From positions 1 through 64,000 of the forward strand of contig CALSSJ010000005.1 in the NCBI GenBank assembly GCA_943788985.1: a stretch of DNA of 64,000 nt, read 5' to 3'. The position numbers and the translations under genes were made by a program. The DNA comes from an uncultured Lentisphaerales bacterium (GTDB lineage: Bacteria; Verrucomicrobiota; Lentisphaeria; JABSQK01; UBA12247). The first letter of the stretch is position 1; every line of letters begins with the position of its first letter. Positions 10,009-20,315 of this stretch are shown here, piece by piece. The notes under the pieces were generated by a model. The model saw only the letters and a program-made list of their open reading frames with translations, was not told where the DNA came from and did no database searches.

Positions 10009-11563
10009 CTACTTGCCAGCTTTCTTCTTTTCCGCTGCTTCCCGCTTCCCTCTTACCGAAGTCAACTCCACTTCGCCACCACGCGCACGCATCTCGGGAA
10101 GCATGTCGTCCCACCATGCGTCATATGCGCGGATCATGTTCATGACCCGCTCCGGGTTTGCCTTGGACAGGTCGTTGCGACATTCCGGGTCAGCCTTTGC
10201 ATCAAACAGCAACCACCCGTCCTTTGGGCTCACACCCCAATGAAATTGGGCGTTCTTCTCCGTATAGTGCCCCGAAACGCTGCCTCGTTCGACTGCGCGC
10301 AGTGAGGCGCACTGGTTCCCCAGTACGGCAGTGGTGCACTTGGGATCGTCACAGGGTCGGCTGCGCAGCAGCAGGAAGTTGCCCTGACGGACCCCGCACA
10401 TCGCATACTTGTGCGACTCGGCCTGGCCGCTTGGCCAGCGAGCCACGTGCTGAAACAGCATCCGGCTGTCGTTCCAAGAAGTGGCTGTCTCAGACTCGAG
10501 CAAAGGCACCAGGCTGAAACCTTCAAGCTTGGGCTGCAGCTCCTGCGGAATCTTCACGCCAGCTACCTCGCACAGCGTCGGGACAACATCGAGGTGCGCG
10601 GTCAGCTTATCCACCCGATGCGGCTTCCACGTGCCTGGCCCAGCGCCAGAAGGACATGGCTCGTGCGCCGCCTTCCCAGATCGAGCACTTGCTGCCACGC
10701 ATTCCTGCATTGTAGACATCGAGTCCTACAGTCACGCCATTGTCATTCATGAAGATGATAATCGTGTCTTCGTCAATCTTGCGCTCTTCGAGGTGCGCCA
10801 TCAGACGCCCGAGATTGTAGTCGATGTTGGCAATCATCCCAAGGTACTTGGCCTGGTCGTCCGTGACTTTTCCCCGGAATGGCTCGATGTATTTCTCCTC
10901 TGCAATCAGGGGCGTATGTGGCGAGTACGTGCAGAGAAATAGGAAGAAGGGCTGATCTGTGGATTGGTCGATGAAGGACATGGCTTCATCAAAGTAGATG
11001 TCTTCCCGATAGCCTTTTCGCTTCTCTCGCGTCTTCATGTTGGTCGTAATCATCGGGTCGAAGTGCTCGTCACCGCTGATGCTGAAGTCGAATCCGCGCT
11101 GGTGCGGGTGGTACTTCTCTTCCCAGGCCAGATGCCATTTTCCGATGTGACCGGTCCGGTAGCCTGCGGTCTTGAGGAGTTGTGGCAGGATGGTGGCACC
11201 GAGCCAGAGGTGCTCGCGCGGATCGCGGGTGTGGGTCACGCCATTGCGAAACTCATGCATGCCGGTTAGCAGTGCCGCACGCGTCGGCGAACAGGAGTTG
11301 CTCACGTAGAAGTTGTCGAATCGGACGCCTTCATCGTGCAGGCGGTTCATGTGCGGCGTTTTCAGCAACGGATGCCCATGGCTCTCGACATCGCCGTAAC
11401 CCTGGTCATCGGTGAGGATGAAGATGATGTTGGGCTTTGCAGCACTCGCTGCGCAGACGAACAGAAAGCTCGCCAGCATCAGGATGCCGACGAAACGGCT
11501 CCGAAAATTCCTCATGCAGATCTTTGCCTCGATCTGACTTTGGAGTTTCGTTTCTTGTCTCAT
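10009..11563 (-). CDS. Secreted arylsulfatase (S1 family), one frameshift near 10640
   Basis: Signal peptide, KPNIIFILTDDQGYGD, CSPTR (CxPxR), GKWHL, PHTPL, NDNG; continues in ORF 10009..10719 (AHLDVVPTL). Confidence 0.9.
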
Positions 11564-11817
11564 TTGTCTATCTCCAGAATGTTTCCCTGTTCCTCAGCTT
11601 GATCAGGGACCGGGTGGTTCCCTTGGAAGTTCTATCCGCAACGGTAGCGCCTTGCAACTGGCGAGGCAAGTTCCAAATCTCTTCATCGGGAAATCAGGAG
11701 ATTTTCCGCGATCGGTACCTACTCAAGATGCTGAGGAAACATCTTGCGGGCGGCTCCTTCGGCCAGGCCGACTTTTGGGACGAAAACCTTACCGAGTCGG
11801 GACTGCTTCAGAGCTTG

Positions 11818-12340
11818 CTAACAGATCTCGGAGGCGGGTAGGATCACATCGGCCCGGTCTGGCTTCAGGCGCAGGTCCTCGACGAGTCGCTTGGGGCTGC
11901 AGGCAGCCAGCTCATCGATTTTGGTTCCGAACTGTTCGACGGTCATTGGCTCGCGCGTGCGCTCCCCCGCAAATTTTGTGCATCTTATTGATGTTTCCGC
12001 CTGTGCCAATGGCATGCCTTGGTTGGATTTGCGCAGCATATTTCTCCACCCACGAGGAGAAGCGGGTCCACTCCTTCTCCGTCTGCTGGCCGTGCAAGGA
12101 CCGCAGGTAGCCGAGTTTGAAGGATTGCGACTTCTCGCGTTCTCCGTTGCGGAGTAGGGTGATTTCTGTGCTACCACCACCGACGTCAATGCTCACGTAG
12201 GATTCAACTGGATCAATACGGGACGCTAGGCAGACGCTTTCGAAAATCGGGTCCGCCTCTTCCTCTCCGTGACTATGATCGATGCCCTAGGACGTGTTAC
12301 GGACGGCATTCGAGCCAACATCGACAACGGCGACTTTCAT
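11818..12340 (-). pseudogene. ppx: Exopolyphosphatase Ppx/GppA remnant with internal deletions and frameshifts
   Basis: RBS GGAG plus MKVAVVDVGSNAVR, then directly GEEEA, IDVGGGSTE, IGTGGNIN and, in another frame, PDRADVILPA. Confidence 0.8.
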
Positions 12341-12827
12341 GGGGGGCTCCTGTCCAGCGTGTGATCGCGATTCGCAATAGTGCCCGAGCACTACTTAGCC
12401 AAGCATTGTGGTGGTTTGAAGCGAAACAAACCCAAGCAGTTGGCAACGTTCAAATTCCAACGCCAGGTCACTAAAGTTGCGCCGATCCGCTCCCTGAAGT
12501 TTTTTCTCGTCAAAGAAGCTGGTCGTCGTCTAGATCCCGGAGTCGGAAGCTGGGAGCGCCCCGAAGGATCGGGCGGGGAATAAAAGGGGGAGGAAGAAGA
12601 TGTCACCACGGAGGCACGGAGAAGGAAGGTTGGTGCCGAGAGCGCAGGCGGTTCGCCTGCTGCATATGAGGGGAAAGTCTCTGCTACGAAAGGTTCGAAA
12701 TACGCGAAAAAAGCGGATGGGAGTGTGACAAATGGCCCCCATCGCGTACCTTGGTGCTCCGCCGTTCCAGAGGATTGACGTGAGAAAGGGAAGGAAAAAC
12801 ACCGATGAGGCTAACAGGGGTTCAAGT

Positions 12828-14282
12828 ATGGAACCGGGTTCTTGCGCATTGAGTAAAGACGCTACCTTGGTCTGGTTTCGGCGTGATCTGCGCATTGCTG
12901 ACAATCCAGCGCTTGCTGAGGCGATTGCACGCAATGGGCCCCGGTCATTCCAGTCTACGTCCACAGCCCGGAGGAGGAAGGGACAAGTGCTCCTGGAGCT
13001 GCGAGTCGCTGGTGGCTGCATCATGCGCTCGAATCACTGGATCAGCAACTGCGCCAGCTGGGGCTACGCCTGATTCTTCGCACTGCAGACTCCGCAACCG
13101 CTGCTCTCCATGAGCTTGCCGGAGAAACTCGAGCCACCGCCGTCTTTTGGAATCGCCGCTACGAGCCGGACATCATCGCTCGTGATACGGTTCTCAAGCG
13201 CACGCTATCGGGCGCTGGTCTGAGCGCACGTAGCTTTGCTGCTGCAGTGCTGTTCGAACCCTGGCAGATTATGACTGGCGCTGGCACCCCTTATCGCGTT
13301 TTTACACCATTCTGGAAGTCACTCAGTTCTGGCATGGATGGCATCCAGCCAGTTCCCCGCTCCGACGTGTACCGATGCGAAGGCCCCGCAAGAATGGCCG
13401 GACTCCGCACCGTTGAACGAGCTCGGCCTACTCCCAACTATCGCCTGGGACGGTGGCCTTCAGGAGGCTTGGACGCCGACTCTGATCGGTGCGGATGCGG
13501 CTCTCAATGGTTTTCTCGCCGATGGGATTGACGGCTACAATGAGCGTCGCGATTTTCCGTGGGATACGGGCACCTCAGCCCTGTCCCCCTTTCTTCACTT
13601 TGGACAGTTGAGCCCGGCTCAGTGTCTCGCTGCGGCTCGTTGCAGGGCCAATCCAGAGCCTTGGATTCGGCAGCTGGCTTGGCGCGATTTCGCAAGCTCT
13701 ATTCTCTACCACAACCCGAATACTGTCGCACACCCCTTGAACCCCAAATTCGCCGACATGCCCTGGCACAGCGACCCTCAGGCTCTTCGTGCCTGGCAGC
13801 GCGGCCTTACGGGGTTTCCGATTGTGGATGCCGGGATGCGCCAGCTATGGCAGACTGGCTGGATGCATAACCGCGTGCGGATGCTGGTTGGATCGTTCCT
13901 GACGAAAGATCTGATGCTGGACTGGCGGCATGGCGCCGCATGGTTTCACGACACCTTGGTAGATGCAGATCTCGCCAACAACCTGATGGGCTGGCAATGG
14001 GTCGCTGGCTGTGGTGCAGATGCCGCACCGTTCTTTCGCATCTTCAATCCTACGACGCAGGGGAAGAAGTTCGACGGGGATGGACACTACGTGCGGCGTT
14101 GGCTGCCGGAACTCGCCAAGCTACCGAATCGGTGGATACACCAGCCATGGAGTGCGCCTGTCGAGATTCTTCGTCAGGCTGATGTCACCTTGGGTCTGAC
14201 GTATCCGCATCCCATTGTGGATCACGCAACAGCGAGAAAGGCCGCACTCGACGCCTATCGCGAGTTGGGAACTCAGGAGTAG
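12828..14282 (+). CDS. phrB: Deoxyribodipyrimidine photolyase, two frameshifts (~12940, ~13355)
   Basis: LVWFRRDLRIADNPAL, WNRRYEP, PYRVFTPFW, TSALSPFLHFG, TGFPIVDAGMRQLWQTGWMHNRVRM, WQWVAG, FRIFNP. Confidence 0.93.
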
Positions 14283-14313
14283 TAGTCGCCAGCCGCCCCG
14301 GTTCAGTAGTCGC

Positions 14314-15216
14314 TCAGGTATTCTCACCCAAGTAGGCGCGGAATTCTGAAAACTCCGCCATGACAATGCCGCCCGCTGCACGAATGCTACCTGCATAGCA
14401 GATGACGGCCCGGCCACCGGCAATGAATGGGATCGAGAACTGCTCCGATAAGCGTCCGAGTTGTTCGATCTGCGCAACCGTTCGGGGACTTGCTCCGGGA
14501 TATACGAAGCTCAGTGCGATCAGTCGCGCCGAAAGCTGCTTTGCGGTCGCCACCAGCTCTTCAGCTGGCAGGCTTGGCCCAAGGTACGCAGGCCGCCAGC
14601 CCTGAGATGCCGCCAGCCAGCTTACGATCAGCGCACCAATCTCATGCCCTTGACCACTAAGAGTTCCTGCGACAACTACGGGGCCGTTTGCCTGCGTCGA
14701 GGCATTGCGCAGCATGTTCCCGAGAAAGGTGCGTATCGTACCCAATGCCAAATGTTCGTGCGCGATGCGAAGTTCTCCTTTTTGCCACTTTTCCCCGATA
14801 TCGTGGACTAGGGGAATGATCAACTCATTAAGTAGGCCCTGTTGGCTGAAGCGCACCATACCCGATTCGAGTAGTTGCATCAGCCCACTGGTATCCATCT
14901 CCTGCACGGCCTGTTTGCATGCATTCAATAGATTCTCGGACTGTCGAACAGGGCCGTTCGGCGCATAATCGCCTAGCAAGGCTAAGATCTCGTCATCTGA
15001 GAGATTCGCGATCGCACTGATGGTGTGGCCTTGGGAGACCGCGCGCTGCAACGCGCAAAGACGGGCGATCTCTGCAGCCGAATAGAGCCGCCGGTTGGTC
15101 TCTGTTCTGCGGGGGGACACGGCCCCGTAACGGCGTTCCCATGCCCGCAAGACATGGGCCGATAGCCCGGTGCGCCCCACTACGACGCGAACTGGATGAA
15201 GCGATTCAGATGCCAT
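14314..15216 (-). CDS. carH: MerR-family B12-binding photoreceptor/repressor (CarH/LitR type)
   Basis: LRAWERRYG in the HTH; W-x9-EH (WQKGELRIAHEH); B12 motif QGHEIG...YLGPSLP...ALS...AGG. Confidence 0.85.
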   Translation of the reverse strand: MASESLHPVRVVVGRTGLSAHVLRAWERRYGAVSPRRTETNRRLYSAAEIARLCALQRAVSQGHTISAIANLSDDEILALLGDYAPNGPVRQSENLLNACKQAVQEMDTSGLMQLLESGMVRFSQQGLLNELIIPLVHDIGEKWQKGELRIAHEHLALGTIRTFLGNMLRNASTQANGPVVVAGTLSGQGHEIGALIVSWLAASQGWRPAYLGPSLPAEELVATAKQLSARLIALSFVYPGASPRTVAQIEQLGRLSEQFSIPFIAGGRAVICYAGSIRAAGGIVMAEFSEFRAYLGENT

Positions 15217-15221
15217 GCCCT

Positions 15222-15297
15222 ACGATAGCCTCTGTATAGGTCTTGTCTAGGTTTAGTACGGGCAAAATCCAGCGCACTGCACATGTTGTCTAGGACG
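15222..15297. promoter_or_regulatory. Candidate CarH operator (11-bp direct repeats)
   Basis: ACGATAGCCTC TGTATAGGTCT TGTCTAGGTTT AGTACGGGCAA in 11-bp register, plus a further TTGTCTAGG at 15286. Confidence 0.6.
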
Positions 15298-15301
15298 AAG
15301 T

Positions 15302-15329
15302 TTGACAATAATTGTTTGTTGCCTACTAT
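15302..15329 (+). promoter_or_regulatory. Sigma70-type promoter for the lipid-modification operon
   Basis: TTGACA-N16-TACTAT, 35 nt upstream of ATG 15364. Confidence 0.6.
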
Positions 15330-15363
15330 ATCGGACATTGGCGAACACTACCGAGCGAAACGA

Positions 15364-16299
15364 ATGACGAGCAAAAGAATGATTCAGGCACTAACCGGAT
15401 GGGCCGATAGCTGGCACGGTGCTGAGGCATGGAATCCGTCGAGTAACGGCTCGATTGATTGGATTCGTGCGATCCCGTTTGTCGGATTGCATCTTGCACT
15501 GCCTCTGGTCCTGTGGGTCGGCTGGAGCCCGCTGGCAGTGGGCCTCGCGGTGGCTCTCTACCTAGTGCGAATGTTCGCGATTACGGCCTTCTACCATCGC
15601 TATTTCTCGCATCGAGCGTTCCGGACAGGCCGCATCCGTCAGTTCCTATTCGCGGTCCTTGGCAGTTCTGCTGCGCAACGCGGTCCGATCTGGTGGGCTT
15701 CCCATCATCGGCACCATCATGCGACCGCAGATTGTGAGGGAGATCACCACTCTCCTACCTTATTGGGGTTGGTCTGGAGCCATGCTGGCTGGATCGTATC
15801 GCCCGCATGCCGCTACCCAGACTTTGATCGCGCGAGCGATTGGATGAAATTCCCAGAGCTGCGGTTCCTCGATCGCTTCGACAAATTTGTGCCGGTCCTG
15901 CTGATTGCTGTTCTTTATGGTGCCGGCGAATATCTGGCAGGCGCCGCTCCGCAGTTGGGTACAAATGGTCTGCAGTTGGTCATGTGGGGCTTCATTATTT
16001 CGACGCTGTGCCTGTGGCATGCGACCTTCACCATTAACTCCCTGTCGCACTACTGGGGCAAGCGGCGATTCGCCACCAAGGACGATAGCCGTAACAACCT
16101 GTTGCTGGCAATCCTCACGCTTGGCGAAGGCTGGCACAATAATCACCATTACTACGCAGGAAGCTGCCGCCAGGGGTTCTACTGGTGGGAAGCCGACATC
16201 ACCTATCTTGTTTTGCACGTCATGTCTCGCTTTGGGATTGTCGCTGATCTCAAGCCAGTTCCCGCACGGGTGTATGAAGTAGCCGCTGAGAATCCATGA
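15364..16299 (+). CDS. Delta-9-type acyl-CoA/acyl-lipid desaturase
   Basis: His boxes HRYFSH, HRHHH and GEGWHNNHH. Confidence 0.92.
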   Translation: MTSKRMIQALTGWADSWHGAEAWNPSSNGSIDWIRAIPFVGLHLALPLVLWVGWSPLAVGLAVALYLVRMFAITAFYHRYFSHRAFRTGRIRQFLFAVLGSSAAQRGPIWWASHHRHHHATADCEGDHHSPTLLGLVWSHAGWIVSPACRYPDFDRASDWMKFPELRFLDRFDKFVPVLLIAVLYGAGEYLAGAAPQLGTNGLQLVMWGFIISTLCLWHATFTINSLSHYWGKRRFATKDDSRNNLLLAILTLGEGWHNNHHYYAGSCRQGFYWWEADITYLVLHVMSRFGIVADLKPVPARVYEVAAENP

Positions 16300-17558
16300 A
16301 CATTGCAGTGATAGGCAGTGGAATATCCGGCCTGACCGCGGCTCGGAAACTATCCGCTGATCACACGGTTGCTTTGTTCGAACGCGAGTCACGGCTCGGT
16401 GGGCACACCCACACAGTCACGGTTCCCTATGAAGGCCGAGAGTGGCACATCGATACGGGCTTTATCGTTTTCAATCATCGCAACTACCCGCGCTTCACTG
16501 CGCTATTACGGGAGCTCGACGTCCCGACGCTGCCGACCACCATGAGCCTTGGCGTGTGCTCAGATGCAGATGGCATCGAGTACTGTGGCAGCAGCTTGTC
16601 TCAGCTATTCGCGCAACGTCGAAATCTGGCCTCACCGCGATTCTACGGAATGCTGCGTGATATTATCCGCTTCCACAAAGCCGCCGACGCCTTCCTGGCT
16701 AAACCAGATCCGAAAGAATCCATGCTCAACTTCGTGGGGCATTTACGTCTGGGCAAGGCCTTTCGAGAGTGGTATCTGGTCCCCATCATGGCGGCGATCT
16801 GGTCCACAGAGCCAGCTCGCACGCTGTCGTTCCCCGCGCTGTTCATCCTCCGCTTCTTGCGAAACCATGGCATGACCCAAGTGAAAGGTCGCCCGCAATG
16901 GCATGTGCTTCGGGGGGGCTCATCTCAGTACCTCGCCCCAATTTCTGCCTCGTTTCGCGATCGGATTCACCTGCATACTCCCGTTGATGGGATTAGCCGC
17001 ACCAGTCGTGGTGCTGAACTCTACTCTGGGGGGCGGAAAATCGGCTTCTTCGATGCAGTTGTGATCGCGACTCATAGCGATACGGCACTCAAGCTCTTGG
17101 GTGATCAAGCGACCTCTGCCGAGCGTGAGGTTCTGGGCGCAATTCCATATCAGCAAAATGATGTGGTGCTTCACAATGACACCAGCATCCTCCCGCGCTC
17201 GCGCCGCGCCTGGGCTTCCTGGAACTACCGTGTCGGCACTGAGGCCACCAAGCCTCCTATCGTGACCTATAACATGAACGAGCTTCAGCGGCTTGAGGCA
17301 CCGACAACCTTCTGCGTGACTTTGAACAGCGATGCAATTGCACCCGAGGCCGTATTCGCGCGCTTTCGCTATGACCACCCCCTGTTTACCTCGCAGGCAG
17401 TGGCTGCGCAAGCGCGTCACCGTGAAATCAACGGTCAGAATCGCCTCTACTTCTGTGGGGCCTACTGGGGGAACGGCTTTCACGAAGACGGCGTCGTCAG
17501 TGGCGAGACTGCGGCGGCTCACCTCGAGGCAGATCATCCTCGGGGGATTGCGGTATGA
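16296..17558 (+). CDS. FAD-dependent oxidoreductase (amine oxidase family, UfaD-like)
   Basis: IAVIGSGISGL, RLGGHTHT, DTGFIVFN, AWASWNY, GAYWGNGFHEDG; ATGA overlap. Confidence 0.88.
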   Translation: MNIAVIGSGISGLTAARKLSADHTVALFERESRLGGHTHTVTVPYEGREWHIDTGFIVFNHRNYPRFTALLRELDVPTLPTTMSLGVCSDADGIEYCGSSLSQLFAQRRNLASPRFYGMLRDIIRFHKAADAFLAKPDPKESMLNFVGHLRLGKAFREWYLVPIMAAIWSTEPARTLSFPALFILRFLRNHGMTQVKGRPQWHVLRGGSSQYLAPISASFRDRIHLHTPVDGISRTSRGAELYSGGRKIGFFDAVVIATHSDTALKLLGDQATSAEREVLGAIPYQQNDVVLHNDTSILPRSRRAWASWNYRVGTEATKPPIVTYNMNELQRLEAPTTFCVTLNSDAIAPEAVFARFRYDHPLFTSQAVAAQARHREINGQNRLYFCGAYWGNGFHEDGVVSGETAAAHLEADHPRGIAV

Positions 17559-18295
17559 CAGCCAGTGCAGTCTATCACGGAATCGTCACGCACGAGCGTT
17601 CGGAGCCCACCCAGCATAGCTTTCAGTACCGACTGGCCATGCTGTATCTGGATTTGGGCGAGCTGGACGACCTTATCCAGCACAATCGTCTGCTCTCTCG
17701 CTCTCGCTTGGCCCCCATTAGTTGGAACCGTAGCGACTATCTGGCGCCCGACACACTCTCGCTGGCGCAGGCCGTTCGTGATGCGGTCGAGGGCGCACTC
17801 GGCTTCCGCCCCGAGGGCGCCATTCGGGTACTGACCCACCCACGCTACTTTGGGTACGTCTTTAATCCTGTGAGCTTCTACTACTGCTTTGACGGAGCTG
17901 ACGAACTCGTTGCGATCTTGGCAGAGATCACCAACACGCCATGGAAAGAGCGGCACAGCTACATCTTGCCTGCCGCAAACCGCTGCGTGATTGCGGAATT
18001 TGCAAAGGAGTTTCACGTCTCCCCCTTCATGCCAATGAACCAGTCCTACCGCTGGTGCCTGACTGAGCCGAGGGATGAATTGCATGTGAACATGCAGACG
18101 CTTCAGCAGAGCCAGCAAGTCTTCTGCGCCACTCTTGCCCTGTCACGGCAGCCGCTGACCACCCGTTCCTTGGCTGGCGCCATGGTGCGCTATCCGCTTA
18201 TGACGCTGCGCGTGATCAGTGCCATCTACCTCCAAGCGCTTCGTCTGCGCCTCAAGCGCACTCCCTTTCATCCACATCCGCGAGGTTCCGTATGA
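17555..18295 (+). CDS. DUF1365 family protein (UfaO-like)
   Basis: PRYFGYVFNPVSFYYC, AEITNTPWKERH, KEFHVSPF, IYLQALRL. Confidence 0.9.
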   Translation: MTASAVYHGIVTHERSEPTQHSFQYRLAMLYLDLGELDDLIQHNRLLSRSRLAPISWNRSDYLAPDTLSLAQAVRDAVEGALGFRPEGAIRVLTHPRYFGYVFNPVSFYYCFDGADELVAILAEITNTPWKERHSYILPAANRCVIAEFAKEFHVSPFMPMNQSYRWCLTEPRDELHVNMQTLQQSQQVFCATLALSRQPLTTRSLAGAMVRYPLMTLRVISAIYLQALRLRLKRTPFHPHPRGSV

Positions 18296-19545
18296 TGCTC
18301 CCGCACTTGGGCACCAGAGCTATGCCCCTTCAGCCTAGTTCGCTCGATCTACTCTCTCGTTTCGCTCGCCAAGCGGTCTTTCGCCAGCTCGGCACAATCC
18401 AGAAGGGCTGGATCGAGCTGATCGATACCGATGGAACGATACACTTCTTCGGCTGCAAAGACGCAGAGCTGCACGCTCAAATCGAGGTGTTGGATCCACG
18501 CTTCTACCGCCTGCTGGTCACCGGCGGCGCCAATGGAGCCGCAGAGGCATGGTGCCTTGGCTTCTGGAAAAGTCACGAACTTGTCACTCTACTGAGGATC
18601 TTTGTCCGTGACGGGCAAACGCGGCGAGAGATGGAATCCGGTACGGCGCGTGTGGCCCAGTTGCTGCGCAAGCTGCGCTTGTCCAGTGCCAACAATACCC
18701 GTGGCAAGAACAAGCTTTACATCGCAGCGCACTACGATCTTGGCAATTCGTTTTTTGCCCAGTTTCTAGATGAAACGATGATGTACTCTGCAGCGATCTT
18801 CGATTCGCCAGAGGTGGACCTGCATACCGCACAGGCACGAAAGAACCGTCGAATCTGTGAGCTGGCTGGTCTGAGACCTGGCATGGAGGTGTTGGAAATT
18901 GGTAGCGGCTGGGGAGGCTTCGCTGCCATGGCAGCCGGGGAATTCGATTGCCAGGTGACCACCACTACGATCTCTGAAGAGCAGTTCACCTACACCTGTG
19001 AACGAATCAGATCGCTTGGCTTGAGCGAGCGTGTCACTGTGATCCGCGAAGACTACAGAGATCTGCAAGGGCAGTACGATGCCATCGTCTCGATCGAGAT
19101 GATCGAAGCCATCGGAGCGCACCACTACGACGACTACTTTGCGGTCGCAGCAAGGTGTCTTAAGCCCGATGGACGATTCGTCGTCCAGGCCATTACCATT
19201 GATAACGATCAGTACGAGCGGGCGAGCCGTGAGGTTGATTTCATCAAGCAGTACATCTTTCCCGGCAGCTGCATCCCTTGTGAGGGAGTTCTGCGGGCGA
19301 GCTCGTCACGTGCTGGCCTGGTTTGGGAAAGTGCCGATGATATTGGCCAACACTACGCCACAACCCTGGCGCACTGGCGCGATAACTTTCTTGGCAATCT
19401 CGCGCAAATCCGTGAACTTGGCCTACCAGCAAGCTTCATTCGCATGTGGGTCTACTACTTCTGCTACTGCGAGGCCGGCTTCCATGAGGCCTATATCAGC
19501 AATCTGCAGATCACCTTGCGGAATCCCGGAAAGTCGCTGGCATGA
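18292..19545 (+). CDS. Cyclopropane-fatty-acyl-phospholipid synthase family methyltransferase (UfaM/Cfa-like)
   Basis: IAAHYDLGN, MMYSAA, LEIGSGWG, SIEMIEAIG, FIKQYIFPG, YYFCYCEAGF. Confidence 0.92.
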   Translation: MMLPHLGTRAMPLQPSSLDLLSRFARQAVFRQLGTIQKGWIELIDTDGTIHFFGCKDAELHAQIEVLDPRFYRLLVTGGANGAAEAWCLGFWKSHELVTLLRIFVRDGQTRREMESGTARVAQLLRKLRLSSANNTRGKNKLYIAAHYDLGNSFFAQFLDETMMYSAAIFDSPEVDLHTAQARKNRRICELAGLRPGMEVLEIGSGWGGFAAMAAGEFDCQVTTTTISEEQFTYTCERIRSLGLSERVTVIREDYRDLQGQYDAIVSIEMIEAIGAHHYDDYFAVAARCLKPDGRFVVQAITIDNDQYERASREVDFIKQYIFPGSCIPCEGVLRASSSRAGLVWESADDIGQHYATTLAHWRDNFLGNLAQIRELGLPASFIRMWVYYFCYCEAGFHEAYISNLQITLRNPGKSLA

Positions 19546-20315
19546 TTTTGAGCTCGTTTGTGGCAGCGACGGTGCTTATGACCCTCGGGTGGTGGGGCGT
19601 CCGTCGTGGCATATTTCCGCTTGGCTGTGTGGACCTGCTGTGGGCCGTGTGCATCTGGCTTACTGCAGTCATGGCGTTTGCCAGCGGCAGTCACTCACTT
19701 CCCGCTTTCCTGCTGCTCGCGATGGTCACGATCTGGGCATTGCGCCTGGGCATCCTACTCGTCTCCCGGTTTCGTTCCGGGCGCGAGGACCGGCGCTACG
19801 CCAGTCTTCGTACTCACTGGGGCGGTGAAATCGGCTGGCGATTCTGGAGCATGTTTCAGGTCCAAGGCATCTTCGCGGTCCTGCTTGTCTGGCTCCTGGC
19901 TCCTGCGTTCTTCGCACCACTTGTTCTTCCTGGCCTGCTCGCTGGTGGAATTGGGCTATTCGGCCTTGGCTTCACCGGCACTCTGGTGGCCGACTGGCAG
20001 CTGTCCCGCTTCAAAGCGTCCGGAGCGTCCGGCCTGTGCCGCCAAGGCCTCTGGCACAGCGCTCGGCATCCCAACTACTTCTTCGAAATGCTGACCTGGG
20101 CAGGAATGGGGCTGGTCACCCTTGCCTGCGCCGACGGCTGGCCAGGCATCATCAGCGTACTGCTAATTTCTGGCAGTATCTGCTTTCTGACAGGCGTCCC
20201 CCCGAAAGAGCGCCTGGCTGCAGAGCGCTATGGCGCCGCCTACCAAACCTACAAAGCCGAAACCAATCGCTTCCTTCCCTTATCCCTCACAGACCCAAGA
20301 AATGGTGCAACATGA
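19542..20315 (+). CDS. DUF1295 membrane protein (steroid 5-alpha-reductase-like)
   Basis: EDRRY, ADWQL, GLWHSARHPNYFFE; multiple transmembrane segments. Confidence 0.88.
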   Translation: MILSSFVAATVLMTLGWWGVRRGIFPLGCVDLLWAVCIWLTAVMAFASGSHSLPAFLLLAMVTIWALRLGILLVSRFRSGREDRRYASLRTHWGGEIGWRFWSMFQVQGIFAVLLVWLLAPAFFAPLVLPGLLAGGIGLFGLGFTGTLVADWQLSRFKASGASGLCRQGLWHSARHPNYFFEMLTWAGMGLVTLACADGWPGIISVLLISGSICFLTGVPPKERLAAERYGAAYQTYKAETNRFLPLSLTDPRNGAT

